DNA of 59,587 nucleotides, filler included, from Basidioascus undulatus (Eukaryota): the NCBI GenBank assembly GCA_000826855.1. It is 4 parts of 4 records of this genome, joined end to end, with 100 filler letters (N's around TTAATTAATTAA, not from the genome) between each part and the next. Parts side by side here need not be neighbours in the genome. Positions count along the whole stretch, not along the records: positions 1 to 9,135 come from JTLS01001297.1; positions 9,236 to 20,948 come from JTLS01001298.1; 2 more parts are not named here. The stretch is one strand, 5' to 3'. Positions within the stretch are counted from its first letter, which is position 1, and every line of letters starts with the position of its first letter. The notes below the pieces were generated by a model. That model made no database searches, had not been told where the DNA came from, and worked only from the letters and a program-made list of their open reading frames with translations. The translations under genes were made by a program, and so were the position numbers. This document shows, piece after piece, positions 1 to 12,337 of this stretch.

Positions 1-756
1 GGGGGGGACGGACAACGGCAAGGCGGAGTAGAGGTCGGCGAGCTCGAGCCACGCCTCCGGATCAGAGTAGAACGTGTCGAGGTAAGACGTGAGGAGGCCG
101 ATGGGCACGCTCGGGTCTTTGGGGTGCATGAGCTTCGCGAGCGCGATCTGCCGCTTCAGGATCGTCTGTCCCCCGGCCAACACCCACCATCCCCACAGCC
201 TCATCAGTCTTTCATTCCCCCCTTGGTCCCAGTAACCCAGAAGATCGAGTAGGCGGACGCACCACATTCGTCTCGTCCTCAGCTAGCAGAGAGTCGTACA
301 GCTCCTTCGCACCCGCCAGGTCCCCGCGCGCCTCGAGCAGCATCCCCTCGAGTGCGGAGACTCGCGGCGATTGCGGGAAGCGCGTCGCGAGGCGGACGAT
401 GGCATCCTGTGTACCGAGCCCCAACATCAGCATGCGCATCTCTGCCCAAGCCAAATCAGTAAGAACCCACCTCCGCCAGCTCAAACCGCCCCAAATCCAG
501 CGCAGCGATCGCGTGCTGCTCGAGGAACGACCACACTGCGCCCGCCATCCCATCCGTCCGCCCGAACGTCAGGGGTCCTGCCACAAGTTGTGCTGTTCAG
601 GGAGATTGACACACAGTCGTCGCCCAGCCGCTTCTCGTTCTTGGTCCCGTACAGGACCGAGCCGAGCGCGAGCGTCTCTGCGGACTTGCGCAGGCCGAGG
701 CGCCGGTACTCGGCCAGCGTCGTTATGGCGCTTGCTGCTGAGGATGTGGATGGCAT
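1..756 (-). CDS. EMC2: ER membrane protein complex subunit 2 (TPR protein), spliced, 3' end outside window
   Basis: Exons join to MPSTSS..RRLGLRKSAETL..RLGDD / WSFLEQHAIAALDLG / RLATRFPQSPRVSALEGMLLEARGDLAGAKELYDSLLAEDETNV / ILKRQIAL..YLDTFYSDPEAWLELADLY, which matches hallmark EMC2/TTC35 motifs. Confidence 0.9.
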
Positions 757-1229
757 CGGGGAGATTTAGGAGGTGATGAGGTTGTTGATATTTAGGTCGA
801 AGTGTAGATAGAACAAAGGTCAAGAGAGCAAGAGTCGTGCGGCGGTGGTGATGGAGAGTGTGGAAGCCGCTGTCCGGAAGACGCGTGGGCACTACTGTGG
901 GCACTGACCGTCCGTGCGTACAGGACCATCTTGATCGAGTCTTGCAATTCGCAGCCTTCACATGCGACGGAGCGCTGGATCGACCGTCTGAAATGCATCG
1001 AGCACAGTGCGAACACACTCCCTTTCCATATCCTGACCGTTCCCTGGTTCCTCACTTCACTCGGACACGAAGGGTTTGCAAGCGTAGACAGTACATGTGA
1101 CGCGGGAGGGCAAAACTCCCGGGCATACCCTCAACCTCTCAACAAGCGAGCTGGCGAAGAAAAGGTCATGAAGTGCGAGAGATCAAGTACATGGGGACGA
1201 CGACGACCGGACGCAGCGACGCGACACGC

Positions 1230-1829
1230 TTACTTGCGGCCAACGGTCTGCGACTTAATGACGCGCTTGACCTGCATGCCACCAAGGCCCACCATACACA
1301 ATCAATAACCCGCTCGTACCCGGAACAGACTAGAAGGAGGGAGAGGGAGGGAGAGGGAGAGGGGGACGCACGATCTTCGCCTCCTCGACCAGGAACGCAC
1401 GGACGATGCGCTCGCGGACGCAGGACGCGCAGCGCGAGCCGCCGTACGCGCGGGTGACGGTCTTCTGGCGCTTGGAGATCGTCGCGTACTGGCGAGGGCG
1501 GAGCGCAGGAACCTGTACACCGTCCGGTTCCCCCAAACCTAGTGAGCGCCCTGCTACAAGGAGAGCAGGTGGTGGACCACCGCCGAAAGCGACGTACGCC
1601 AGAGAGGGCCACACCGCAGTCACCGCACTTGGGAGCGGTGGGAAGCTTGTTGATGTGGTGGTAGCGGAGCTGGCCACCTGCAAAGCGGCGAGAGGACTTC
1701 AGCAGGGTGAAGGGTGGGGTACGGATGGGGCAGGAAGAAGGCGGACGCACCAGGGGTCTTCACCACGCGCCTCCGGTTGGAGGTGGTGTTGTACGGCGTA
1801 CGCTTGCGGAGGGTGACACGCTGAGCCAT
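1230..1829 (-). CDS. RPL34: 60S ribosomal protein L34 (eL34), spliced
   Basis: [27 protein letters not shown] / [26 protein letters not shown] / [47 protein letters not shown] / [13 protein letters not shown]. Confidence 0.97.
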
Positions 1830-3056
1830 GGCGACTGGGGAAGAGGGAGATGCGGGATGAGCGAGCGTTCGGAGGAGCTGAGGATGTGCGTGTGCGTCGG
1901 AGGCGAAGGGACCGGTACGACTCCAGACCATCATCCCGAACAGCGGCCGCCCGCGCCGCTCTTCCAGCAAGCCAATCCAGCATCCCACCACGCCATTTCC
2001 AACCCAAGTCCACACCCACACCCGGGCGAATTTCACCGAGCACCGCTAGAGAACTCGATCGCCGAGTCCGCGCCGGGGCGAGCACCAGCAGGATCTGCTC
2101 TGCTCGCTCCTTCGCCTCCGGGGAGCGCGTGGTGGGTGCGCGCAAAAGGCGTCCTAGCCGATTACTGACAGTCGCAGACTCACGATCTGCGAGCGAGTCG
2201 AGTTACGGGCGAGCGAGCGAGAGGCGAAGGAGGGAGAAGGGGGAAGGCGCGGAGGCAGAGGGTCGGTCGAGGGCGCGGATTAAGCAAAATTTGGCGAATT
2301 CGGGTCGGGCGTGATTTGGGAAGCAACTCGGTCAGCATTACGGCGTTCTCTGGGGTGCACGACTGGCGTATATTCGGGCTATACACACCTTCTTGCGTTG
2401 CCGTCACTTTCCAACAGCTTGCGCTTTGAAGAAGTTGTGAGGGCGGCCTGGAGATTGCTTAGGGGCGGTCGCAATGGACTTGGCCGTGGGAGGGCGCGTC
2501 TTCCTTTCGTCTCCGTCTTCCTCTTACCGTCTCTTCCATTTTATTGTTCTTCCGGTTTATGGTACACGAAATTCATAAATCCTCTTCTCACTTTTTGAGG
2601 ATCATCAAACAGTATTCCAGGACGTCTGCAGCTGAGCAGCAGAGTTGCAGTGCACAGCGCCGTTGAAGCCCTATCCTTCCCTCTCACCTCCGTCGGCCTC
2701 TTGTGCAGCCATATACAGCCAACTTTGAGGTGAACACCATTTGTTTTATCTTCTGAGTCCCTATTGGTCCAGAAACGCAACCGGCAGAGGTCGTGGCTGT
2801 TGCAATCTACCGCGATGCAGCGAGTCAGTTACGTTCTTGAAACAGTTTCCGGCTACTGCTCCCGTCCACGCAGCCGCTGTGATCTCGCTTTTATTTCGAC
2901 TGTACCGCAGAGTCCTCTTCCTCCTCCCCATGCACTACATTCTCTTGCCCTCACCCTCACTGAGAAATGTTTAAATCGCGTCTGTCGCTGCAACATCTTC
3001 TCGCAATCACCGCACGTGACGCAATCGGGCCGGCCGCCCCTCACACCTCCACCGTG

Positions 3057-4703
3057 ATGGCTCGCTCATCCTCCTTGTCCCAACCCTCGATGCTCGCCGT
3101 CAGACGCTTGACCGGCGTCTTCCACCATCTCTCCAGATCACGCAGACCCTTCCCTAACCCCACGCCTAACCCAGTCTTTGCTACTCTCGTGTTCAGAATG
3201 GCGAGCACCACCGCACCCTCCAACCCAGTTACGCCCGTGCCCGAGAAGAACCCCCTCGGCCCGGGGAGGTACATCGAGACTGCCGGGGCGATCATTATTG
3301 GGGATGAGGTCCTGAACGGGAAGATTCAGGTGCGTACTCTCAGAACATTGCATAGGCTGGGTGTCGAGCTGAAGGGCATGGAAATGCAGGACACCAACAG
3401 GTGAGAACGCATCGGCGACATTTGGCTGCCTCGGGAGGTGATGTACTGAGCTCGTTGCTCTCCGATCAGCCACCACTTTGCGACCTGGTGCTTTGAGCGG
3501 GGTATCGAGCTGTATGTCCCTGTTCTGCTCGCTGTGCTTCCCGTTGGCCCTGAAACAGCCCGACGCAGCAAGCGCATCGAGGTCATCGCGGATGACGAGG
3601 AGGAGATTGTCGAGGCTGCGCGGCGGATGACGGAGAAGTACGACTTTGTGATCACTGTGCGTCCCCCACTCTCTCATCTGTCTTCGTAATACCGCTGGAG
3701 CGGCTGGAGCTCACTGGCGGGATGTAACATAGAGCGGCGGCATCGGTCCCACGCACGACGACATGTGTGTCCTCCACGTTTTCCCACTCCACCTCCAAAC
3801 CCTTCCAGCCCACACCGACCTTCTCCGCCGCCCTCCAGCACCTATCAGTCCCTCGCGAAAGCGTTCAACACCCCGCTCTCGCACGACGCCGAGACGCTGC
3901 GGCGGATGACGGAGCACGCCAAGGCGCGCGGGATGGACGTAGAGGGGCAGGACGCCGAGCAGCGCGAGGCGCGCGAGCGCATGGCGCTCTTCCCCGTCGG
4001 CGGCGAGGTCCTCTTCGTCGATGAGAAGCTCTGGGTGCCCGTCGTCCGCCTCGGCGGGAAGCTCTGCATCTTCCCCGGTCCGTTGCGCTTCTGCCTGAAA
4101 CTCCCGAGGGAGGACCGAAGCTGAATAGTTCGGTTCCCACGAGCAGGTATCCCTAGCCTCCTGAAGCAGCTCCTCGCCGGGCTCGAGCCGTTCCTGCCCC
4201 TCCCGCCCGCGTCCGCCAAGGCGACCCGGCATCTCATCGAGACGGCGCTGCCGTAAGTTCCCCACGCCCAAATCCGCACCAAACCTGCCGACCGCTGACC
4301 TCCCGGCTGTCGCAACCACAGCGAGTCGAGTATCGCCCCGTACTTGACTGAGCTGCACAGGCGTCTGCGGCCCGAGAACATCCGCGTGGGGTCGTACCCC
4401 AAGGGCGCGGGGTGCGTCTTCCTTCTCTCTCCACTTCGCTTTGCAACTCGCCTGGGCTTACCTGAGTGTCCTGCCGGCCACGCAGAGCCGTCGGTGTCGT
4501 CGTCAGCCTCATCGGAAAGAATAAGGAGCGCGTGCTGGAGATCGGGCAGGAGGTCGTCGAGAAGCTGCAGGGCAAGGGTGCGTTTTCGCTCCTCTTCTTC
4601 TACTCGCTCTTAACTTATTTGGTTGAGCTGCTCGCGTTCCGATCGGGGATTAGTTGTGACGCAGGAGGAGCTGGACGCTGCTAAGGCCGCGGGGAAGGAC
4701 TAG
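3057..4703 (+). CDS. Molybdopterin-binding (MoCF_biosynth/CinA-like) domain protein, FPY1/YMR178W-like putative FAD diphosphatase
   Basis: AGAIIIGDEVLNGKIQDTN, KRIEVIADDEEEI, DFVIT-SGGIGPTHDD-ITY, IFPG-IP and ESSIAPYL..RVGSYP motifs across about 10 exons; stop TAG at 4701-4703. Confidence 0.85.
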
Positions 4704-4953
4704 ATCGCAGCCGGGTATGATATGAACAGTTAATCTTGCTTTGGACTGTGAAGGTCGCGGCACTCGTTATCAAACAGACAACTTTCGCACTCGCTCACGC
4801 TGTTGATCTAGTTCGCATGAATGCCGGCTCAGTGCGCCCCACCACCACCACTGCGCCTCGCCCGGCGCTGCGCCCTTTCCCGGTTCTGGGTCGTGGTGCG
4901 CGGCCGCTGCGCCGGTCCTCGTCGTTGTCTTCCGACCACCTGCGCTTGCCGTC

Positions 4954-5250
4954 CTAGTGGGCTGCGAGCATGTTCCACGCCGCCTCGTTGAAGCCGACGC
5001 ACTTGAGGAGCGTGACCTCGAGTCGCTGTAGGATAGGCGGATAGGCGGAAGGGCGGCATCAGTTTGGGCCGATTTCGCCGACCTAGCAAGCACGCTACTC
5101 ACCAGGATGCCTTCGTTGAAGGCGCGCTTCACCTTGTTCACGCTGACCGGGAACATTGGGCGCTTCGGATCGTCCTTTATCCTCATCGCGGCCCTCTCGA
5201 CCGCGGCCGTTGTCCTCGCCTCCGATGGAAAGCGACGGCATTCGCGCAAG
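4954..5250 (-). CDS. Hypothetical spliced protein, 3' exons only; 5' end unresolved
   Basis: ..MRIKDDPKRPMFPVSVNKVKRAFNEGIL|GTGAGT..CAG|RLEVTLLKCVGFNEAAWNMLAAH* with canonical in-frame splice sites; no family recognised. Confidence 0.35.
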
Positions 5251-5940
5251 CGTTCGCCATGGCCTTCGCAGCCGTACTAGTAGCCCACCTCGTAGCGCAA
5301 ACGCGCGTGCCTGGCGTTCGACCCCGTCGCGATATCTTTGGCCCAGGCGAAATGTGATGTTGACGAGATGAGCTTGATGAACATCTTGCATAGAGGTATA
5401 CATTCGAGCACGCTAGTATCAGGAAAGTTCTTCTACCAAAGGAAAAGAAAAGTTTGTCGAGCACCGTTCTAGCAATCCTCTGACAAACTACCCGCAGCGC
5501 TCCAACGCTTTCACTCAGAGATATATGGGCTGCTTGGGTTCTGTGCAGAGTTATCAACGTGCTCCTTGGCCTTTCAGTGAGATAGTCACACGATATAAGC
5601 ATGATATGAGCAAGATTGACGGTGGGGAAGAGGGAAACCTGAAAGGTAGCTGCGTGAATCTTTCGATGAAGACTTTGGCCCTCTCACAAGAACGTAGCCT
5701 GCTATGGAATGCGATCCTGACATAGTGTTCTTTTAAGTTTTGGATAAAAAACCATCTCTTCAGATTAGGCATTAATTCATAAAATTTCCCTTCAACAGGC
5801 TGTGGGTCTGCTTTCACAGCGACTTGACATGGTCTAACCGTTACAGAGTCTCGATCACCCGCGCTTGCAATCACTATCTGATGAGGTGCTGAACGAGATT
5901 AGAGAATAATGATCAAAAGCAACCAAAAGGCCACGTGAAT

Positions 5941-6580
5941 TTACAGATCGCCTAAGCTCACAGGGACACCTCGTCGTTTAAGAGGACCACTCAGCGATGT
6001 AGCCAGCGTCGTCTTCTTGAGCTCGTCGGAGCTCAACTTCCAGCCGTTCAAGCCCACGTTCGACCCAGGCCAGCGGAGGCCCTCGCTGTCAAGCACGTAG
6101 ATGACGTTGCCCTCGGCGTCGCCGTTCTTCAGGTTGAAGCTCTTGGCTAGACGAAGGGCAACAAAGAAACATGTCTGATCAGCAACCGAGCGTCCTGAAT
6201 GACAAACAGCGTCGCTTACCGTCCTACCTGAATATCACAGAGTCGGCATGGCCGCCAACCTGAGCATACCCGCTGACCGGTGAGGGTCTCCTCCCAGTCG
6301 CCGACGACACTGGGCGGGACCGAGCTGTCGTCAATGTCGCTGCGCTCGTACTTCTCGAGGATGTCGTCGACAGTCTTTCCGGACCAGTTGAGCTGCGGTT
6401 TAGTGGAATAAAGGGGAAAGTCAATCTAAGGCCCCAAGCCGTCTCTATGGTCACTGCCAGTAACAAGGGAACGGAACTGCATACCACCTGGTACTGGTTG
6501 TCGGAGCGCTTGTTGTAGGCGACGCTGACCGAGCCGAGGACAGCAGCGGCAGCAGCGGAAAGAAAAATACCGGCCTTCAT
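5941..6580 (-). CDS. Small secreted protein; exon structure unresolved, possibly disrupted
   Basis: MKAGIFLSAAAAAVLGSVSVAYNKR looks like a signal peptide plus Kex2-type KR site; downstream exons read LNWSGKTVDDILEKYE.. and SFNLKNGDAEGNVIYVLDSEGLRW; the strongest splice sites do not join in frame. Confidence 0.5.
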
Positions 6581-8346
6581 TTTGCCTGGTAGCGAAGAAG
6601 AGGATGAAGGGCGAGAGGCGTGTGGATGAGGAAAAGCAAGACAAGTCGGACCTCCCTCCTTGAAGTACTTTTGCTCCAAACCTTGCAGTCCACGGCGTAA
6701 ACCGCTTGTCCTCTGTTACTATGTTCATATTTGGAGCTTCAACCTCACCAGTCATACAGTCGCGCACCGTCCACTCCTCCCAGTTTTCAAGCGGTCATGG
6801 GTCCGTCTGAGCCAAGTGAAATGTGTATGTAGTCCCAGCTCTATTTGAGGCAACTCTGCCCTCCAGACTTCTTTCGAGAGGGGTGAGCACTGTGAGCAAC
6901 GTGAAAAGTCTGGTTCTTTCTGGCACTCTTCCATACTCCACAGTCCTGAGTGACTGCCTGAAGATCTTGCGAATGCAGCGGGCGGTGCGGCTGCCGGCGA
7001 ATTACGACCGCTTGATACTTCTTTCGTCAACCGAACGGGGCATTTCTAAGCAGAGAGAGGTTTACAGCTGACAGATCCTCATTTATAGAATTTCAGTGCC
7101 TGTGAGTAACACCAACGGCGTAACGCTCTTGCTCTCGAGCATCCGGATAAAGGAAGGACAAAGACTCCATCACGTCCACCGCGATTCTTCCATGGACCAG
7201 CGATCTTCCGGGCATCATTCAACAATTTGCTTTTCGAAGACTTGGAGATCTGAAACTACTATTCCGACTCCTTCACTTCGCAGGGCAAGCATGATTGTGT
7301 CGCTGTTTTTCTTCGCGCGCTCGGCTCACTTCTGACCGGTGCGGCGCAATCACGTTCAACATTATGATTGCTGCCCGAGGTGGCAGGTCATACCTTCCGA
7401 TAAAACTTTACTCTCCTGAGTCATTGAACAACAATCCAGAGCATCGGCGGTGAATCTTTCCTGAGCCTAGTCGAGGTATTCAAGGAGCGCACAGTAGTGG
7501 CACACCCCAACTGGGTATGCTTTGACGTGTAAACAGATGAATCAGCGCCGCCAGGTTTGATATCTCGTAGAATTGCTGAGGCCGCTTAGGCCGCTTTAAG
7601 ATCTCTGTGGCTGAACCACCATCCATACCATCGAAAATCTTGCACCAGAGAAAGGCAGGGTCATGTTGCCAGGATGACCTGCGAGTGGCGGCCCGGGGCA
7701 GCGCCTTCGCCATAGCCGGGGCTAATCCGATGCCGTGTCGCCCTTTGCATTAACGTAAGACACATGACTGTTTTAATGAGCAGCTACCCAGGCTCTCAGC
7801 TGTCACAAAAGGGAAGTCCAGAAAATTTGTGGCATGGCGGTGAAGCCAGAATCGACGTCCTAGTGGGAGCTCTTAGCAGTCCGCTAACCATTAGTCCAAC
7901 ACCCCGGCTCCCGACATATTTTCCTGGTGGCACGAGCAGATTTGAAGCACATATAAGACGTATGCTTATCATGGCATGAGGGTCGTCGCATAATAGGGTA
8001 ACGAGCGACAAAAGCGAGCGGGGCAGATACAAGGAGAATGCGGTAACGAGGTGCGTAATGCGAATAGATAGGCTTTAAAGTAAGAATCGGCGAGTGTACG
8101 TGTTTGGGGGAAACAGTCCGACGTGTCAAATGCGGTGATGGACGGTGATGGAGATGAGGGATGGACGCGCGGATGAGAATGGTAATGGGCATGCGATTAG
8201 GAGTCCGGGATGGGTTACTGGAACAACAAGTGTACGCGGATGCGGAAAGATGGCAAAGTAAGTGTACCGATGGAGATACAAAGGAAGGGAACAGTCCAGG
8301 AGAGAAAAGGCAGGTGTCCGAGAAAAGAAAAGTAAGAGTCGAAAGT

Positions 8347-9135
8347 CTACGTCCAGATCCGTTCGAGGAGGCTCAGCTTGCCGCCGCCGCCTCCTCCACC
8401 GCCGCCGATGACGATATCGCCCAGGGCGAGGCCGAGCCCGGGCATCTCCTCCTCGTCGTCCTCGTCCACGTCCGCCTTCGCGCTGAGACTTGCGCAGTCC
8501 CACAGACGCAGGCGGCGCGCGAGGTTGAGGTCGAGGTCGAGGTCGAACTCGTCTGTCGGCGACGTGGCGGTCGGTTTGCGGAGGATGGAAGGGGAGGGAG
8601 TGGAGATGGAAGGGGAGGGAGGGGAGGTAGGCGGTGTGGAGGGCGCGGAGGAGAAGGCGGTGGAAGAGGCGGTGGAGGACGAGGAGGAGGAGGAGGAGGA
8701 AAGGGCAGGAGGTGTGAGAGGGACGGTGGAGAATAGGTCGTCGTCCTCCGCGTCCGAGACGAAGAGGTCAAGGTCGTCCTCGTCCGCGTCCTCCTCATCG
8801 GAGAAGGTGACCTCAAACCGCAACGGCGACGTTCGGGCGGGGGCAGTGCGATCGCGGCGGTCCAGCCCGTTCCGGCGGCGGACGACGCCCTCGAGCGAGC
8901 TGCGCTGCTCGGCCTCCCACGCGGACCGGCGCTCGCGCTCAGTCTCTAATCGCACGAGCGCCTGGCGCAAAGTGTCGAGCCTGTCGTCGATCTGCGCGCG
9001 GTCGAGCATGAGGGCGGCCTGTCGCGGGGTGGGCAGGTTTGGGACGGCGGAGGCGAGGGTGGGGGTGAGGGGTAGGGAGAGGGAGGATGTGGAGGAGGAT
9101 GGGGATGCGACGAGGGATGGGGGGGTCGAGTCGGC
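8347..9135 (-). CDS. Hypothetical low-complexity (acidic, Ser/Pro-rich) protein with short coiled coil; 5' end lost in gap
   Basis: Long GC3-rich open frame: RAQIDDRLDTLRQALVRLETERERR.. followed by acidic and Ser-rich tracts; runs into the N spacer. Confidence 0.55.
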   Translation of the reverse strand, partial: ADSTPPSLVASPSSSTSSLSLPLTPTLASAVPNLPTPRQAALMLDRAQIDDRLDTLRQALVRLETERERRSAWEAEQRSSLEGVVRRRNGLDRRDRTAPARTSPLRFEVTFSDEEDADEDDLDLFVSDAEDDDLFSTVPLTPPALSSSSSSSSSTASSTAFSSAPSTPPTSPPSPSISTPSPSILRKPTATSPTDEFDLDLDLNLARRLRLWDCASLSAKADVDEDDEEEMPGLGLALGDIVIGGGGGGGGGKLSLLERIWT

Positions 9136-9235
9136 NNNNNNNNNNNNNNNNNNNNNNNNNNNNNNNNNNNNNNNNNNNNTTAATTAATTAANNNNNNNNN
9201 NNNNNNNNNNNNNNNNNNNNNNNNNNNNNNNNNNN
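9136..9235. other. Artificial contig spacer N44-TTAATTAATTAA-N44
   Basis: Exactly 100 bp with a central six-frame stop 12-mer, identical at three places in the window. Confidence 0.97.
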
Positions 9236-9600
<365 letters not shown>

Positions 9601-11348
9601 GCGCGTCTTTAAGACGTTGCTTTGTTGTACTTTCTGAGCTTGTATTAGTAGCTTTAATTAATTGAAAACGTAACCCTGTGTGGAACTTTGGTTGAGAGCT
9701 GAGGGGCCGCTTCCTGTCGATGCTCGGTGCAACTGTTAGCGCGGCGGTTGCAAGTTGCCCAAGTGCCGCTGGATCTCCATGTTGATTTACCGGTCAGTGT
9801 AGCGGATCTGCATGTTTGTTGACTCGCACTTGGCTCGGGTGCCACTCGGATTTCTTGCGTTCCGCAGACTGCCCGGAAGTGTAACGCCTCCGACACGCCC
9901 GCCACCTCGAAAGCAGAACATAGACCGAGCAAGCGGAGACCCGAGTACAGCTTCTTACTCTCCTTACTATCCTTGCGAGCTCAGGAAAGGGCAGATTCCG
10001 AACATTTGTTTCCCAAAGTTAACAAGCCGCTACTCACGCAGCGGCAACAAAATCACACACCAAGACACGCTCGCACCAAGCATGGCATGATTGCAATACC
10101 ATGCAAATCATGCTGGGTATCATTTCTAATCAAACGTCGCATCAGCGCATCAGGAAACATACAGACGGAAAAAGGACACAGCAAGACATGTTCAAGTCCA
10201 TTTCGACCCCCTCGCGGCTGCCGCATCTCCGCCCTCCTGCTCAATCCTACATAGCGTCCACTTGCTCCGCCCGCGAAAGGCGGATGCGCTCAGTGCACGA
10301 CGCGTCGCTCGAGCAAGAGGGCATGTCGATGTCTGTAGCGCGGCCCAGGGGGGGGGGAAGTGAGGGGGTAACACGTCGTCAAAATGACGTACGAGCTGGT
10401 GGTGCGAAAAAAGGAATGTGGACGTACTGCTCGAATATGCACCATCCCCGTGACCGGGCATGGCAAAGCCGACCAGAACAGGAGGGGATGCATGGTCTGA
10501 GCCTTCGGTGTGAAGATATCATTAGCAACCGGAGCGCAGGGAGCAGGCAAGACATACCGTGGTGGTAGTTGGGAAGGGGACGGTGATGGTGTTGCCCGAC
10601 TGGTTGGCACCATTTTGTCAGCGTCAGCCTGGAGTCTGTGGGAGTGGGTGGGGACGGACCAGCACGAGCGAGACCTTCGAGGACCCTCTCTCGCGTGAGG
10701 TCTTCGTTGAGGTGTCAGAGCGAAGCGATGTGCCTCGCGTCGCTGATGCGTCCCCTGCCCCCCACCCCCCGGGCGTCAGCAGATGCTCGTGTGGTTGCCA
10801 CCAAATCCTTACGTTCACACGCCTGGGTGCGGTCTTGACCTTCAAGCTGGGAATGAGGAGAAATTGTTGTTTTATCCGGTTTTGACGATCTAGTATGCAT
10901 CGGTACTGCAGTTACAAGGCACTCCGCGAGCCACACCTGCAGCTGGCCAAATCCAGCTGGCCTGAGCCGGCAATCTTTCAATTTGACCCAACAGGCAGTT
11001 CTGTCAGCAGAGAACTTCAAAATACATTTGTCTTATTTGTCTTGTTTGTCTTGTTTCACCGGTCAATGCTTAGATATACGAAGCACAGACTCAGCCCAAG
11101 GCAACTTAGTTTCAGTAACTTACATGGACCGAAGCGCAGTAGGCTGCATTGTCCTCGTTGAGTGTGTGCGAGTCCAGACATAACTGCCACGGCATATACA
11201 TGACGAAGCAACTACAGGCGGTATGCGTGGGCTTATCATCTGGCGAGGCGCGAATGTGGTCAGCAATGCGGCTTGGGAATGTGAGTGTGGCCTCAGATAG
11301 ACTCACTTGATACATATATATACCATCTATGTCCGCCCACCGTTAGTG

Positions 11349-11769
11349 CCACCGTCCCGTTGGGTACCCATCGTGGCCCTCCGCGAGATCAGTCGCTACC
11401 AGAAGTCGACGGAGCTCCTCATCAGCAAGCTGCCCTTCCAGCGCCTTGTTAGCGAGATTGCGAAGGACTTCAAGGTACGCTTTCTGTCGCAGTGTTTGAG
11501 GTGATGTTCGCGGACTACTCAGTCAGCCACGCATAGACGGACCCCCGCTTCCAGTCCCCTGCCGTTCTCGCCTTCCAGTAGGCCTCCGAGGCCTACCTTG
11601 TCTCCTTATTGAGGACACCAACGGCAGTATATCGACCCATTTTTGGATAGGAGCAATATTTCTGATCCATTATTTGCACCAACAGCTTGCGGCCATCCAT
11701 GCCAAGCGTGCCACCATCTAGACCAAGGACATCCAGCTTGCCCGCCATCCCTGCGGCGAGCGCCTTTAA
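11349..11769 (+). pseudogene. Histone H3 pseudogene, 5'-truncated, introns retained
   Basis: [34 protein letters not shown], then in-frame TAG stops (CAG TAG near 11579; ATC TAG near 11719), a 1-nt deletion before EDTN and a damaged second donor; no N-terminal tail upstream. Confidence 0.92.
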
Positions 11770-12337
11770 GCGCGTATTCTTTGATGCGTTGCTTTGTTGT
11801 ACTTTCTGGATTTGTATAAGTAGCTTTAAATGATTGAAACCACAAAGTCTGTATGGAACGTTTGTTGAGAAACGGCAAGCTGCTTCCTGCCGGTGCAGCG
11901 GGGCAAGCGCCCCTGATGGTAACGTACGAGGTTGCAGATGGGGCCGCTACCTCCCAGTGTCCATTTGATGTGTCAGTGTGCCGGATTTGCATGGAGCGAA
12001 ATTTATCAATCAGAGTCTCAGATACGCCGTCTGCCTTCCCGATATCTTCGCCGTCCCTCAGGATTCGACAGTGCAACAGAGCCTATGACTCGCTCTGCAT
12101 AAGCAGGACAGAGTTCAAGCAAGGCGGAAACTTCAGCCGAATTCTTACGCTCTTTATGAACACTTTCCGAAAGCCAGTTTCAGAGCCACTCTCCCAAAGT
12201 GACGAGCCGCTGCCCCACCCATCGTCGACAGAGCCAAATAGCAAGACACGCTCGCGTCAACCTGATACGATCGAAACACTGTGCGCAGCATGCTAGATAT
12301 TAACGCCCAGGTATAGGCGTACACGAGATCCACTCGC

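Noticed and set aside
2169..2191. CAGTCGCA resembling the Homol-D ribosomal-protein promoter box, plus a 7-bp inverted repeat, upstream of RPL34
   Set aside because: One mismatch, short and about 340 bp from the ATG; cannot be supported without comparing other RP promoters.
7658..7673. CCTGGCA(A/G)CATGA(C/T)CC shared with 32935-32950 (both translate WQHDPA)
   Set aside because: A 14/16 match is expected many times by chance in a 60-kb self-comparison, and the flanks do not align.
8378..9187. Long plus-strand ORF (also 43472-44736, 17162-17917 and many others in the track)
   Set aside because: Antisense shadows of GC3-rich coding exons on the opposite strand; no independent protein features.
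10200..10760. Possible small minus-strand spliced gene or third dehydrogenase relic between the H3 copies
   Set aside because: Only short coding-like pieces with a stop; no similarity to the dehydrogenases by eye.
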